Below the pieces are notes generated by a model, which was not told the DNA's origin, did not search any database, and saw nothing but the letters and a program-made list of their open reading frames with translations. A program made the position numbers and the translations under genes. DNA of 64,000 nt from Parachlamydiaceae bacterium (GTDB lineage: Bacteria > Chlamydiota > Chlamydiia > Chlamydiales > Parachlamydiaceae): the NCBI GenBank assembly GCA_044226925.1, contig JBGAGC010000001.1, positions 474,862 through 538,861 of the forward strand. The letters are read 5' to 3'. Below, piece after piece: positions 53,795 to 63,489 of this stretch; within the stretch, counting starts at the first letter, position 1; the number at the start of each line of letters is the position of its first letter.

Positions 53795-54646
53795 TTATTT
53801 CTTTTTTTTGGCATAAAAAATGCCATACTGCCAAAGACCTTTTTTCAATGTTTGATATTGACAGCGAGCGCTATAAAGATTGGCTGTTTGAGAAGGCTGG
53901 CGCCATCCTATCCACTCTCCAACTTTAGAAAGAGGGATAGCAGGCAAGGAATACCAATAAAGCCGGCGCGAAGAAGGTAAAACATTTGCTGTAATATCAG
54001 AAAAATCAATGTCTTCAAAACCTTCTTTTTTTAAACTAGCAGCGAAAGTTTCAGCTGAATCTAAAGCTTGTACGCCCCATCCATTTAGCCAGCACTTCAT
54101 TTGGGTTTGATCATGAGAACTCTTGGCCTGCTCCTTGACAAAAGCATCTGCTACAATTAAACGGCCTTCTGGCTTAAGGAGACGCGCAGCTTCTTTGATA
54201 AATAACTGCTTATTATTTGCATGGCAGATGCTTTCAATTCCCCAGACCACATCAAATGTATGAGATGGAAAATCTGTACAAGTGTAATCCATGACTTTAA
54301 AAGTCGTTTTATCTTGCACGCCTGCTTGGATGGCTTTTTGCGTAGCTGTTTGAACTTGTTTTTCACTTAATGTAATACCAACTACTTGGCAATCATAAGC
54401 TTGAGCAAGAAAAATCGAACTCCCACCCACCCCGCAGCCAGCATCTAGAATACAATCTCCATTTTTAATTTTTGCTCTTTCAGCCAAAATTTCATTTTCC
54501 CGCTTTAAAGCATCACGCAATGATTTTGTTTGATCATCCCAATAACCTGCATGCATCGCATGGCTATGATCTAAATCCCATAGTAAGCGATAATCAGATT
54601 CACAAGTATCGTAATAATCAATAATTTGCTCTTTTTGCATGGTCAC
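53795..54646 (-). CDS. class I SAM-dependent methyltransferase (Methyltransf_11-like)
   Basis: 283 aa. SAM motif I ILDAGCGVGGSSIFLA, post-I VVGITLS, and the N-terminal YYD...YRLLW...HAMHAGYW block seen in the tocopherol/sarcosine/sterol-type MT clade. Confidence 0.75.
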   Translation of the reverse strand: MTMQKEQIIDYYDTCESDYRLLWDLDHSHAMHAGYWDDQTKSLRDALKRENEILAERAKIKNGDCILDAGCGVGGSSIFLAQAYDCQVVGITLSEKQVQTATQKAIQAGVQDKTTFKVMDYTCTDFPSHTFDVVWGIESICHANNKQLFIKEAARLLKPEGRLIVADAFVKEQAKSSHDQTQMKCWLNGWGVQALDSAETFAASLKKEGFEDIDFSDITANVLPSSRRLYWYSLPAIPLSKVGEWIGWRQPSQTANLYSARCQYQTLKKGLWQYGIFYAKKKK

Positions 54647-54648
54647 CT

Positions 54649-55323
54649 TTAAAAATAGTAAGCAATGCCTAATTTAGCTCCTTTACCACGAAGACCATGT
54701 TTTTCTTGAGATAAGGTAATATTATAACCTACACCAAAAATCACCGACCAATGCTGGCTTAAGCTATAATCAATTCCAAGAGAATAATTAGAACCATCAG
54801 AATGGCTATGTTCGGAGACGAGCTGTCCAATTTTAGTATGGGTTCGGCTCCAAGCATATTGATAAACACCCATCAATGTCCATTTTTCTGCAAATGTATA
54901 GCAAAATTCTATTCCAATAAAGGGGCTTTGCGAACGAAAACGCTCTTTTAAATCAAAGAGACCTAATTGTTCAAAATCGACACGCGTATGTAGATAACTC
55001 CATGTCACTCCTACATTGGGTAGGATTTTGATACACTTCATGATAGGAATGCAATATCCGACAGCAATCGTTCCAGCAGCCAATTGTCCATGGCCTCGTC
55101 CCCAAATAAATCCAGGTTTAATGCAAAGACCTTGATAAATTAAGATAGTAGCGTCTCCTTTAACTCCACCCATGTGCAAGGTTTTTACTGTCTTGCCAGA
55201 TTCCAAAATATCAATATCCATGATCGTCGGGCCTAAATCGACTTTTCCGCAGCATTTGCCCTCAAGAGAGGAAAAGCTTAAACCAAATAAAATAACCATT
55301 AATCGAATCATCAAAGTTAGCAT
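54649..55323 (-). CDS. small outer-membrane beta-barrel protein
   Basis: 224 aa. Signal peptide, alternating-hydrophobicity strands, aromatic girdles and the C-terminal GIAYYF (terminal Phe) typical of OMP beta-barrels. Confidence 0.6.
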   Translation of the reverse strand: MLTLMIRLMVILFGLSFSSLEGKCCGKVDLGPTIMDIDILESGKTVKTLHMGGVKGDATILIYQGLCIKPGFIWGRGHGQLAAGTIAVGYCIPIMKCIKILPNVGVTWSYLHTRVDFEQLGLFDLKERFRSQSPFIGIEFCYTFAEKWTLMGVYQYAWSRTHTKIGQLVSEHSHSDGSNYSLGIDYSLSQHWSVIFGVGYNITLSQEKHGLRGKGAKLGIAYYF

Positions 55324-55348
55324 AGTGTTTTCCTATTATTTAAAATCA

Positions 55349-56149
55349 TTACCATTTCACAAGGGGAGGCATAGAACAAAGAATCGCATCTGGATTACCT
55401 CCAGATTGAAATCCAAACTTTGTCCCACGATCGTAAAGAAGATTAAATTCAACATAATGAGCGCGGGAATGTAATTGCTGCTCTCTTTCTTCTAAAGTAA
55501 AAGGCTGGTGAAGGCGCTTTTGATAAATAGGCAACAAAGCAGGTAAAAAAGAACGCCCCACTGCTTTCCATAACAGCAAATCTTGCTCAAATTGTCCTGT
55601 ATTTAAATGATCAAAAAAAATTCCACCCACACCACGCTCTTTCTGACGATGGGGAATATAAAAATAATCGCGCGCATTTTGAGAAAATGTTTCGTAAATC
55701 GTCGTTCCAAAAGGAGCTAAAGCTTGTTGGGCCATTTGATGAAAATGAATGGTATCTTCCTCATATGGAAAACCCATAGGGGTTAAATCATATCCTCCTC
55801 CAAACCAGCATTTATCTCGAGTTTCAATAAAACGAATATTGAAATGAGCTGTTGGCATATGAGGATTTGACATATGAGTAATCAAGCTGACGCCTGTTGC
55901 AAAAAAAGGACCTTCGCCATCCGACAGAGGAAATTTTTCTCCTCCTACACCAGACCAGTTAACAGCTGCTTTTTCAAAGACCTGGCCTCTTAAGACGGCC
56001 ATTTCTCCTCCTCCCTCTTGATGATACTTCCAAGACTGCTTTTCAAAACGCGAAACAAATTCAAATTGCTCAAAAGCAGAAATAATGTTCTCTCTTAAAT
56101 CTTTAAGAAATTGAATCAATTCGTTTCGCTGAGGGTGGGGAAAAACCAT
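55349..56149 (-). CDS. hemF: oxygen-dependent coproporphyrinogen III oxidase
   Basis: 266 aa. Motifs GGGEMAVLRG, PTAHFNIRF, WFGGGYDLTP, ERGVGGIFFD and YVEFNLLYDRGTKFG. Confidence 0.9.
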   Translation of the reverse strand: MVFPHPQRNELIQFLKDLRENIISAFEQFEFVSRFEKQSWKYHQEGGGEMAVLRGQVFEKAAVNWSGVGGEKFPLSDGEGPFFATGVSLITHMSNPHMPTAHFNIRFIETRDKCWFGGGYDLTPMGFPYEEDTIHFHQMAQQALAPFGTTIYETFSQNARDYFYIPHRQKERGVGGIFFDHLNTGQFEQDLLLWKAVGRSFLPALLPIYQKRLHQPFTLEEREQQLHSRAHYVEFNLLYDRGTKFGFQSGGNPDAILCSMPPLVKW

Positions 56150-56403
56150 AAACTCTCCAAAAATGATTCATAAGGAGAGCGATTTTAAAAATTGCTTCAG
56201 TTTTAGAGCCAGCAAAAAATGAAATTTAAAATTAAAATCTCTTTTCTTTAAATTTCTTTTAAGTAAAAATTTTACAAATTGTCAAAATTTAAATGTTTAT
56301 TGACAAAACATAAAATTAAATTAAAAGAAATGAGAGGGCTTAACTATTGAGATGTGTCAAACATCTAAACTTTTCAAAACGTTTATCAATTCAGAGACGC
56401 TCT

Positions 56404-56847
56404 CTAAAGATTCTTGGCTTGTTCAACATTAAGAGCTCCTTTTACAATTTTACCATCAACATATTTCCAAGCATGCCCTTGTTTAAGGAAACGGCTTTTT
56501 TCTGTAAAAGTTAAATCTTTTCCATCTTTGCTCAAATAGGCAACAAATGTCACAAAAGCTTCTGGATCTCCATTTTTTGTCTCTAAAATTTCAAGAGCGT
56601 CAAAAGAAATCTGCTTGCAGAAAGCTAAAATATCAGAAAGCCATTGTTTTTTGTTTACAAGAAAATAAGGACTCTCTGAATGTGTCGTTTCAATAATATA
56701 CTGAGCAAGTCCGCGTGCATAAGCTGAGTAGCGAGAACGCATAAGAGCTAGAGCATTTTCTGGCAAATTTCCTTGATGATATTTTTGACAGCAATTCACA
56801 TATGGCTTACCGCTGCAGCATGGGCAAGAAGGAGAAGACGTTGGCAT
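56404..56847 (-). CDS. YchJ-family protein with SEC-C metal-binding motif
   Basis: 147 aa. N-terminal CPCCSGKPYVNCC (SEC-C motif) followed by an NTF2-like body, as in UPF0225/YchJ. Confidence 0.7.
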   Translation of the reverse strand: MPTSSPSCPCCSGKPYVNCCQKYHQGNLPENALALMRSRYSAYARGLAQYIIETTHSESPYFLVNKKQWLSDILAFCKQISFDALEILETKNGDPEAFVTFVAYLSKDGKDLTFTEKSRFLKQGHAWKYVDGKIVKGALNVEQAKNL

Positions 56848-57015
56848 AAAACCTTTTCTTTCGAATTGATATTTTAACTATAAACCTGCATCAAATTTTC
56901 TAATATATTTCGCATTTGATGCAAGCTTGTATTGATGAAGATTTTATTTGAGATCAATCCATCATAAAATTAAATATTTTACCGTCTGACAAGATATTCA
57001 GCTTTTTTCTTTATT

Positions 57016-58587
57016 TTAGATATTCTCCATTAAATTCCGGTGAGGACCCGATGCTGTAATGACAACTTTAGCTAAAGCATCAGAAGTGTAAGCAAAAGGC
57101 AAAATTGAAATATTCGCAATTCGTATTTGCTTGGGATTAGCACCTTTTGCAATTGCTTGCTGCTTAGCTTGTTCTTTTAAATCATTGAGGACTTTTTCTC
57201 GTTCTTTAAGTGAAAAAACACCATCTATTACACTCGACACTTCTGCAAGACCTGCTCCATAGGCATTAGCTACAGAAGCTTCTATTGGTGCCCATCCTTT
57301 TAATCCAAAATCTTTAAAAAGAGGCTGCAAAAGGGACGCTCCTCCTCCCACTAGGATGACTGGAAATTCATGTCTTTTTCCTCTTAAACGAATAATGCCT
57401 TGATATATTTTTTGACAAACATATGTGATCATTTCTTTCGCATAAGAAGAATTTAATCCTATTTTCTCCTGAAAAGAATCTTCTAATTGTAAATAACCTG
57501 CCGCAATTCCGACATCGGTTAACGTCAAAGTCGATCCTCCAAATACTCGAGATTGAACTTTTAATTCTCTTGCAACACTTTGAGGGCCTACTTGAAATGT
57601 ATGATGGTCTTTAAGCTGAACATGGCTTCCTCCACCAAAAGCCAAAGAAATCATATCTGGCATTGAAAAGTGCAACGGAATTCCTCCAATAGCAGCAGCT
57701 TGCAGCGACGATCTCGCATATCCTCCTTCTACAATTCCGATATCTGTTGAAGTTCCTCCTATATCGACGACAATTGCCTCTTGTGCCCCGCAAAGTCTAG
57801 TGGCTCCAACAAACGAATTGGTAGGACCAGCTCCAATTGTTTTGATGGGAAAATCAATGGCTTCTTGTAATGAAAGCAAGCTGCCATTATTTTGCGTGAG
57901 CCATAAAGAAGCCTCTATTCCTAATTGTCGAAGAACTTCTTCAACATGGCAAAATCCTTGAGCAATGACTTTTTTAAGCGCAGAATTAAGAAGAGTTGCA
58001 TTCTCTCTTTCAATCAATCCAATGCCACCAATTTGATGAGAAAGAGAAAATGGAAAATTTTTCCCTGCTAATTCTTGAATGACGAAACCCACTTCTTTCT
58101 CTTGCTGACCATTAAGAGGCGAGAAAGATCCAACAACACTAATAGCCTCGACTCCTTTATCCATTAAATACATCAATGCTTGCTTAATTTGTGCAAGATT
58201 GAATTTTGTAGAACTTCTACCATCGCATTCATATCCTCCTTCACAAGTTTCATAAGCTGCTATCACCTGTTCCTTTAAATTTAAAGGCCAACCAAATCCT
58301 GGAGAAGGAAATCTAGGTTTTCCATCTAGCAGCCTTAAGAGACCAACTTTAAGCAAATTTTTTCCTTCTAAAATCGCATTTGTTGCATGCGTCGTTCCTA
58401 CAATCACATTTTGAATGGAACATGGTGAAAGATGAGCTTTTGTTAAGAGTTGTTTGACAATGGTCTTAACACCTGCTTCAAGTGAAGCAGTAGTTGTGGT
58501 TTTTCCCCACGCATGACTTTTGCCTTGCCAATCCAAAAGAACTCCATCAGTATGAGTTCCTCCAACATCTATTCCAATTTTATACAT
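57016..58587 (-). CDS. hydantoinase/oxoprolinase A-family (ATP-dependent, actin-like fold) protein
   Basis: 523 aa. MYKIGIDVGGTHTDGVLL N-terminus and a second phosphate loop VVDIGGTSTDIG, as in Hydantoinase_A/HyuA. Confidence 0.75.
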   Translation of the reverse strand: MYKIGIDVGGTHTDGVLLDWQGKSHAWGKTTTTASLEAGVKTIVKQLLTKAHLSPCSIQNVIVGTTHATNAILEGKNLLKVGLLRLLDGKPRFPSPGFGWPLNLKEQVIAAYETCEGGYECDGRSSTKFNLAQIKQALMYLMDKGVEAISVVGSFSPLNGQQEKEVGFVIQELAGKNFPFSLSHQIGGIGLIERENATLLNSALKKVIAQGFCHVEEVLRQLGIEASLWLTQNNGSLLSLQEAIDFPIKTIGAGPTNSFVGATRLCGAQEAIVVDIGGTSTDIGIVEGGYARSSLQAAAIGGIPLHFSMPDMISLAFGGGSHVQLKDHHTFQVGPQSVARELKVQSRVFGGSTLTLTDVGIAAGYLQLEDSFQEKIGLNSSYAKEMITYVCQKIYQGIIRLRGKRHEFPVILVGGGASLLQPLFKDFGLKGWAPIEASVANAYGAGLAEVSSVIDGVFSLKEREKVLNDLKEQAKQQAIAKGANPKQIRIANISILPFAYTSDALAKVVITASGPHRNLMENI

Positions 58588-58589
58588 TT

Positions 58590-59669
58590 TTATCCTCTTT
58601 CTGCTATAGGGTGATAATCACATTGAAATCCAAATACTTTTGGCCCAACACAAGCTAATCCTTGAGGGGTTTGCCATACGATAGGAGCTGGTAAAGCGCA
58701 GACACATACTTGCATTCCAAAAGCAAGCCGTTCAACAGGAACAGGTAATCCACTATCATGATCGAAAACAACAATAATATCAGGAGTTGTCACAACATAG
58801 TCTTGATTGTTTTTTTGTATGGCTAAAAATTCATTTTGATAATGAATGGTCCATTGAACATTGCCTTGTTCAATGCAGACTGATCCTTTTAAAAAAGAAC
58901 CTTGCAAAGAAGATATCATATCTAGAATGGTTCCTTCTAAAATCAATTTCCCGCCCCACTTTTTAAGAAGATTAGGAGCGAATAGCTCGCCTTGTTCTCT
59001 TGCCGTTAAAAATGTTTGTCCCATTTCGATGGCTAAAGAAATAGATCCTTTAATTAACGTTTTTTTTGCTTGTTCTCCCTGCATAGGATAAGTACAAACA
59101 GCAGCACTTGCTCCCATCGAAGTCGTTAATGCTCTTAATTGCCTTTCCATAGTTTCTCCATCTTTGGCATAAACAATCGCGTATTGATCTGTATGATCAA
59201 CGATGATTGCAGGTGAGGGAGAGATACTCGCTAAATGGCAAACACTCATATTCATTTCTGGAAATGCTCTTCCAAAAGTATCTGCATCTAATACGGGTAT
59301 TCCTAGCTGTCCTGCCGCACAAAAAGGAGCAAAGGCATTAGAACCTCCTATTTCAAATGGCAATAAAGCAGAAACGGGTCGTTGACAAGAATGAAGTTGA
59401 TCGACAATCAAAGAAAATTCTCTACCGCTTGGAATTTTCTCTAAACATACAAGGGGAGCACCCATGTATCCAATAGGAGCTACCCAAGATTGATCTTCTA
59501 AATCATCGATCGAGAGAAGAAGGACAGGCCCCCACTCTCGAATGCATTCCTTAGCAAGAATCAGATCATAAGCTGGATCTCCTCCTCCTCCTGAACCCAG
59601 AATATTCGCTCCAATAGCTAAGGCATCTAATTCTTTTTCTCCTATCCATCTTAAAGTTGATTGTTTCAT
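58590..59669 (-). CDS. DUF917-family protein (hydantoinase-associated)
   Basis: About 359 aa from MKQSTLRWIGEKE (ATG 59669, overlapping the permease TGA as ATGA). ANILGSGGGGDP glycine loop, which I recall as typical of DUF917. The stop is 2 nt before the hydantoinase start. The ORF-track 5' extension lies inside the permease gene. Confidence 0.6.
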   Translation of the reverse strand: MKQSTLRWIGEKELDALAIGANILGSGGGGDPAYDLILAKECIREWGPVLLLSIDDLEDQSWVAPIGYMGAPLVCLEKIPSGREFSLIVDQLHSCQRPVSALLPFEIGGSNAFAPFCAAGQLGIPVLDADTFGRAFPEMNMSVCHLASISPSPAIIVDHTDQYAIVYAKDGETMERQLRALTTSMGASAAVCTYPMQGEQAKKTLIKGSISLAIEMGQTFLTAREQGELFAPNLLKKWGGKLILEGTILDMISSLQGSFLKGSVCIEQGNVQWTIHYQNEFLAIQKNNQDYVVTTPDIIVVFDHDSGLPVPVERLAFGMQVCVCALPAPIVWQTPQGLACVGPKVFGFQCDYHPIAERG

Positions 59670-60934
59670 CCGATTTCCTCCACTAACATTTGTTGAATAG
59701 GCTTGAAAATAACATTTAAAAATTGACTGATCAGCAACATCAGTATAGAACCTATGCCAGCATCTAAAACAGGTGCACCAGATCCTAATTGCGGCCATAA
59801 AAAGGAGCTAAATCCAGCTCCAATTCCGATGCCCCAAGACATCCAAACACAGAAAGATTTGGGAGAAAATCCATAACTTTCCAATATAAAAGCCATAAAC
59901 ATCACTCCTCCCATTGCAATGACAAAAATTCCCATGACATCTAAAGCCACTGAAAATTGTTCAAGCATAGGAATAAAAACTAAACAGCATCCTATTAAAC
60001 CTGCCAGTCCTGTTGCAGTCGATAACGACATACTTTTGGCAAGACTTGTCAAGCTTAAAGAAGCTGAGTAAAGATTAAGATTATTGGTCGTCCATCCTGC
60101 TAAGAGCATGAAAAAAACAACCCAAATCTTCCAAGAAATTGTCGGATTTGAAGCTAACGCTTCACTAATGCCAGGAGCTTGTGTTCCGTAGTTCAAACAT
60201 AGGCCTGCTATTTGAACAAGAGGTATGGCGAATAAATAATTAGCAATAGAAGCTTGAATGACTGATTTTTGACTATCGCTATGCCGATAAAAAGTTGGTA
60301 GATCAATTGTTGCTGCCATAGAAGAAGCCAACACTAGCGAAACACCTTTGCCATCCCATAAGGATGGCAAAGAGCTCAGAGAAAAATCTTTTATCCAAGA
60401 TATATTTCCTACTTCATAAACAGCATAACTAATCGTTCCTAGTAATAAAGGAACACAAAGATTAGACAACCAAGTAAAGAATTTAAGCCCCCAGAAAGCC
60501 CCTATAACCATCAAAGCAGCCAATATGACAGATAACGAAATCTTCCATGAAGCGCCATGAATTAGATCCTCGCCTTTTACATACTTCATCAGATGGTAAA
60601 TGTCTGTTCCCATACATTGTGTTTGAATGGCAAACCATCCCAACATAGAGCTTGCTAAAGTTAATCCAAAAAATTTTCTTCCAGTAGAGCCAAAATAACA
60701 GGAAGCATGCTCAACAGTTGTCAAGGGATTTTTGGTACTCATGTATCCTGCAATCAGCGCTAAGCCAAATAGCAAAAGATTTCCCCATAAAATCGAACTC
60801 AATATTGTAATCGGATGTCCTTGTTTGGCTAATTCATAACCCACAATTAACACAGGTAAGCAAATCGTTCCTCCAATTTGCACACTTGCTAACTGTTTCC
60901 AATTTTGTTTTTGTGTTTTTGCTAAAGAAAACAT
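59666..60934 (-). CDS. NCS1-family (CodB-like) nucleobase/hydantoin-type permease
   Basis: 422 aa with about 12 TM segments. Its size and its N-terminal region (GGTICLPVLIVGYELAK) suggest purine-cytosine/hydantoin permeases. Confidence 0.6.
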   Translation of the reverse strand: MFSLAKTQKQNWKQLASVQIGGTICLPVLIVGYELAKQGHPITILSSILWGNLLLFGLALIAGYMSTKNPLTTVEHASCYFGSTGRKFFGLTLASSMLGWFAIQTQCMGTDIYHLMKYVKGEDLIHGASWKISLSVILAALMVIGAFWGLKFFTWLSNLCVPLLLGTISYAVYEVGNISWIKDFSLSSLPSLWDGKGVSLVLASSMAATIDLPTFYRHSDSQKSVIQASIANYLFAIPLVQIAGLCLNYGTQAPGISEALASNPTISWKIWVVFFMLLAGWTTNNLNLYSASLSLTSLAKSMSLSTATGLAGLIGCCLVFIPMLEQFSVALDVMGIFVIAMGGVMFMAFILESYGFSPKSFCVWMSWGIGIGAGFSSFLWPQLGSGAPVLDAGIGSILMLLISQFLNVIFKPIQQMLVEEIG

Positions 60935-60940
60935 GATTTT

Positions 60941-62386
60941 TTATTCCCCATCTTTTCTTTCATTTTTGGACTCAAGCCCAATCCACTTGGCTGTTTGCTT
61001 TAACAATTCAAATTCCTGTTTCTGATTTTTAAAAGAATCAACAAAAATATGAGAAAGAATCAGCAAAGATTGGTTGTAAAAAGAACAACCTAATTTTTCA
61101 GCTTCTTGCTTAAGGCTATCGACTTTTTTTGCTTCAATCATGTATTCCTTTTTTTGTAAAAGAGGAATGACTTCTGAAGGCTTTTGTTGCAAAGAATCTT
61201 CATCGCTTGTGTATTGCTTATGTTGAGATCCATCTAGTTGACAAAAATGTAAAAAATCAAAATTTTGCATTAATCTTTTTATATATTCTTCTGTAGGTTC
61301 TTTTTTTACTGTTTTACCGCTTCTTTTTCCTTCCACAATGATGACAGGACCTTTTAATTGATCTAAAGCAGGATAGCTGGGTTGAAAACCTTTTCCTTTT
61401 TGGGGGAAGAGATAAATGACAACATCAAAAGGAGTCTTGAGTTCTTGGTAGCGATGAGCATGCAAACATCTTTTGATCTTTAGCAAGAGAGGAATCTTTC
61501 TCTCCAAGCAAACCTGAAAAGCTGCTGTCAAGCTATAGTAGTCCGGAATTTCAACTTTTCCCTTAAATTTTTTTTGATTGAGATAGAGAAAGTTGTAAAT
61601 ATGCGGCTGTTCAATTTTTTGAGCCTCCTTTAAAAGAAATTGAACAGATAAATCTGTTAATTGTTGTTTGGCAATTTGATAAATATCTTTTTCAATCAAC
61701 TTATTGTTGACATTGAGATTTCCATTTTGAACACATTGCGTGAGCTGCTTCACTTGCGTCACTTCCTTATAAATTTGATGCTTTGATTTGAGTATTTTTC
61801 CACATGCTTGATCTGCACAGTTGGTACCATGATCAACATCAATTTGTTCGTAGCTTTTCACAATAGCTAATATGTGAGCATGAATGACATAGGCCAATTC
61901 CTCTGTTAAATTCAATTTGACTTGCAATTTGTCAAGGGTGTCTTGCAAAGTAAACTGGTAAGAAGATATTTCTAATCCTTGCAAAGCTTGAATCGCTGAT
62001 ACAATAGGAGTTAAAGAACCCGACATTTTTTTACCCTTTGCACACCAATCTTTCAAATCAGCCTCTACATTTGTTAAAAGAGCTTTTTTAGTTTTTAAAT
62101 TTTCTAATAACTCATCTAATTGCTTTCCTAAGGCATAGGATGAAAACAGTTCTTGAGTAATGACAGCAATTCTTAACGCTCTAAGATGACAAGAGCAGTC
62201 AGTTGCTAAAGAATCAAAAGATGGCAAGTCTTCTTTTTTCAAACTTTCAAGTGCTTGAATCGCGACTTGATACAATCCTGCAACAGTATTAAACAGTTTG
62301 GAAGCTTCGGCTGACTTGGATAAATCCACGATCTTATCAGCAGGCAGAAGAATATCTGGAAAAGAGTATGTTTGTTTCACTGACAT
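60941..62386 (-). CDS. hypothetical soluble protein, first gene of the permease-DUF917-hydantoinase operon
   Basis: 481-aa ORF with no TM segment or signal peptide. The stop lies 6 nt upstream of the permease start. No recognised family. Confidence 0.6.
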   Translation of the reverse strand: MSVKQTYSFPDILLPADKIVDLSKSAEASKLFNTVAGLYQVAIQALESLKKEDLPSFDSLATDCSCHLRALRIAVITQELFSSYALGKQLDELLENLKTKKALLTNVEADLKDWCAKGKKMSGSLTPIVSAIQALQGLEISSYQFTLQDTLDKLQVKLNLTEELAYVIHAHILAIVKSYEQIDVDHGTNCADQACGKILKSKHQIYKEVTQVKQLTQCVQNGNLNVNNKLIEKDIYQIAKQQLTDLSVQFLLKEAQKIEQPHIYNFLYLNQKKFKGKVEIPDYYSLTAAFQVCLERKIPLLLKIKRCLHAHRYQELKTPFDVVIYLFPQKGKGFQPSYPALDQLKGPVIIVEGKRSGKTVKKEPTEEYIKRLMQNFDFLHFCQLDGSQHKQYTSDEDSLQQKPSEVIPLLQKKEYMIEAKKVDSLKQEAEKLGCSFYNQSLLILSHIFVDSFKNQKQEFELLKQTAKWIGLESKNERKDGE

Positions 62387-62636
62387 AAAATAAAATTCCT
62401 TTTGGTTTTGTTCGCACGGCGAACGAAATAAAAATTTATTAAAATAACGACGATTAGTATCCCTCCTCAGAGCAGCCTCGATATTTTATTTTTTAATGAG
62501 TGCGGCTAACGCTGAGATGTGGCAGTACAATTGATGATCTTAGAATTGAAGCAGAAGCAAGTTAAAGACTCTGCTGCAATGCCTCGAAGCTATTGCATCA
62601 ATTTCATTTCAATTAAAAAAATGGGAAAATCAATTT

Positions 62637-62707
62637 TTACGCCCAACGGCGGCGGCGAGAAGCCAAAAGGAAAGAAATAGAGAAAATAAAAGAGGGCAAG
62701 AAATAGG
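62637..62707 (+). repeat. GC-rich hairpin plus purine-rich tract, copy 1 of a local direct repeat
   Basis: TTACGCCCAACGGCGGCGGCGAGAAGCCAAAAGGAAAGAAATAGAG... aligns with 63024-63080. A shorter relative, GTTCGCACGGCGAAC, lies at 62410-62424. Confidence 0.6.
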
Positions 62708-63023
62708 ATCCAGCAGCTTGAACAACTAGTTGCGAGAAGTCAAATGCCTGGGTGGCATGCTTAAAGTATGGTTTCATACAATGCTTTTTCATCAAATTGA
62801 ATATTGTTTTATTAATTGTTCGCTAAAAGCGATTCATCACCATTTTCAATGGTGTGATTTTCCTCCCACCTTTCGCAAGATTTCCTATGAATCTGGCAGA
62901 GGTAGATTGATTTGGAAAAGAATTCAGACAGATGATTAACAGACTGCACGCATCCGCGTTAACCGATCGATCAGATCTTTGTCTAATAAAATTTAAATAC
63001 GAAAAAAGACAAGGGGGATAATG

Positions 63024-63080
63024 TTACGCCGAACGGCGGCGAAAAGACATGGAAAAAAAAGAAGACAAAGCAGAAATGCC
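63024..63080 (+). repeat. GC-rich hairpin plus purine-rich tract, copy 2
   Basis: TTACGCCGAACGGCGGCGAAAAGACATGGAAAAAAAAGAAGACAAAGCAGAAATGCC. The hairpin is CGCCG-aa-CGGCG. Confidence 0.6.
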
Positions 63081-63489
63081 TGTTGTAGATACAACAGGTA
63101 ATGAAAGATTAAACGCCTTTAAGGCTATATGACAAGGCTGTTTCATGTTACAATATACTAAAAAGTTTTGAGGTTATCTGTCATTTTAACAAAATTTGAT
63201 TTTTTTGTCTATTCTTTAAAGAAATGATAATAATTTTCTTTCTTTTTGTTTTTCAATAAAATTTAAATGAGAGATTAAGAAATTATTAATTTACAATCTT
63301 TTAACACTACAATTCTTGCCAAGAATTCAATCTATCTTTCATAGTTGGCAACGCCGGTTTAGAGCCTATTAAATCACTTTTAATGGCTCTTAAAATGTCT
63401 TTAAATTGCTAAACAGTGGATTGACTTGGCAATGTAGAGGCATTCTTAAATATAATGATCGTGAAACAATATTTACTAAGGACAAAACG

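Noticed and set aside
62730-62939. 69-aa TTG-initiated ORF in the 1.1-kb spacer
   Set aside because: It has no ribosome-binding site, an odd Cys/His/Trp-rich composition and no recognisable family. The evidence is insufficient, so the region is reported as non-coding with repeats.
9438-63393. Possibility that the recurring palindromes form a CRISPR array
   Set aside because: The copies are kilobases apart, they are not tandem with uniform spacers, their sequences diverge, and no cas genes are present. They behave like REP/MITE-type dispersed repeats.
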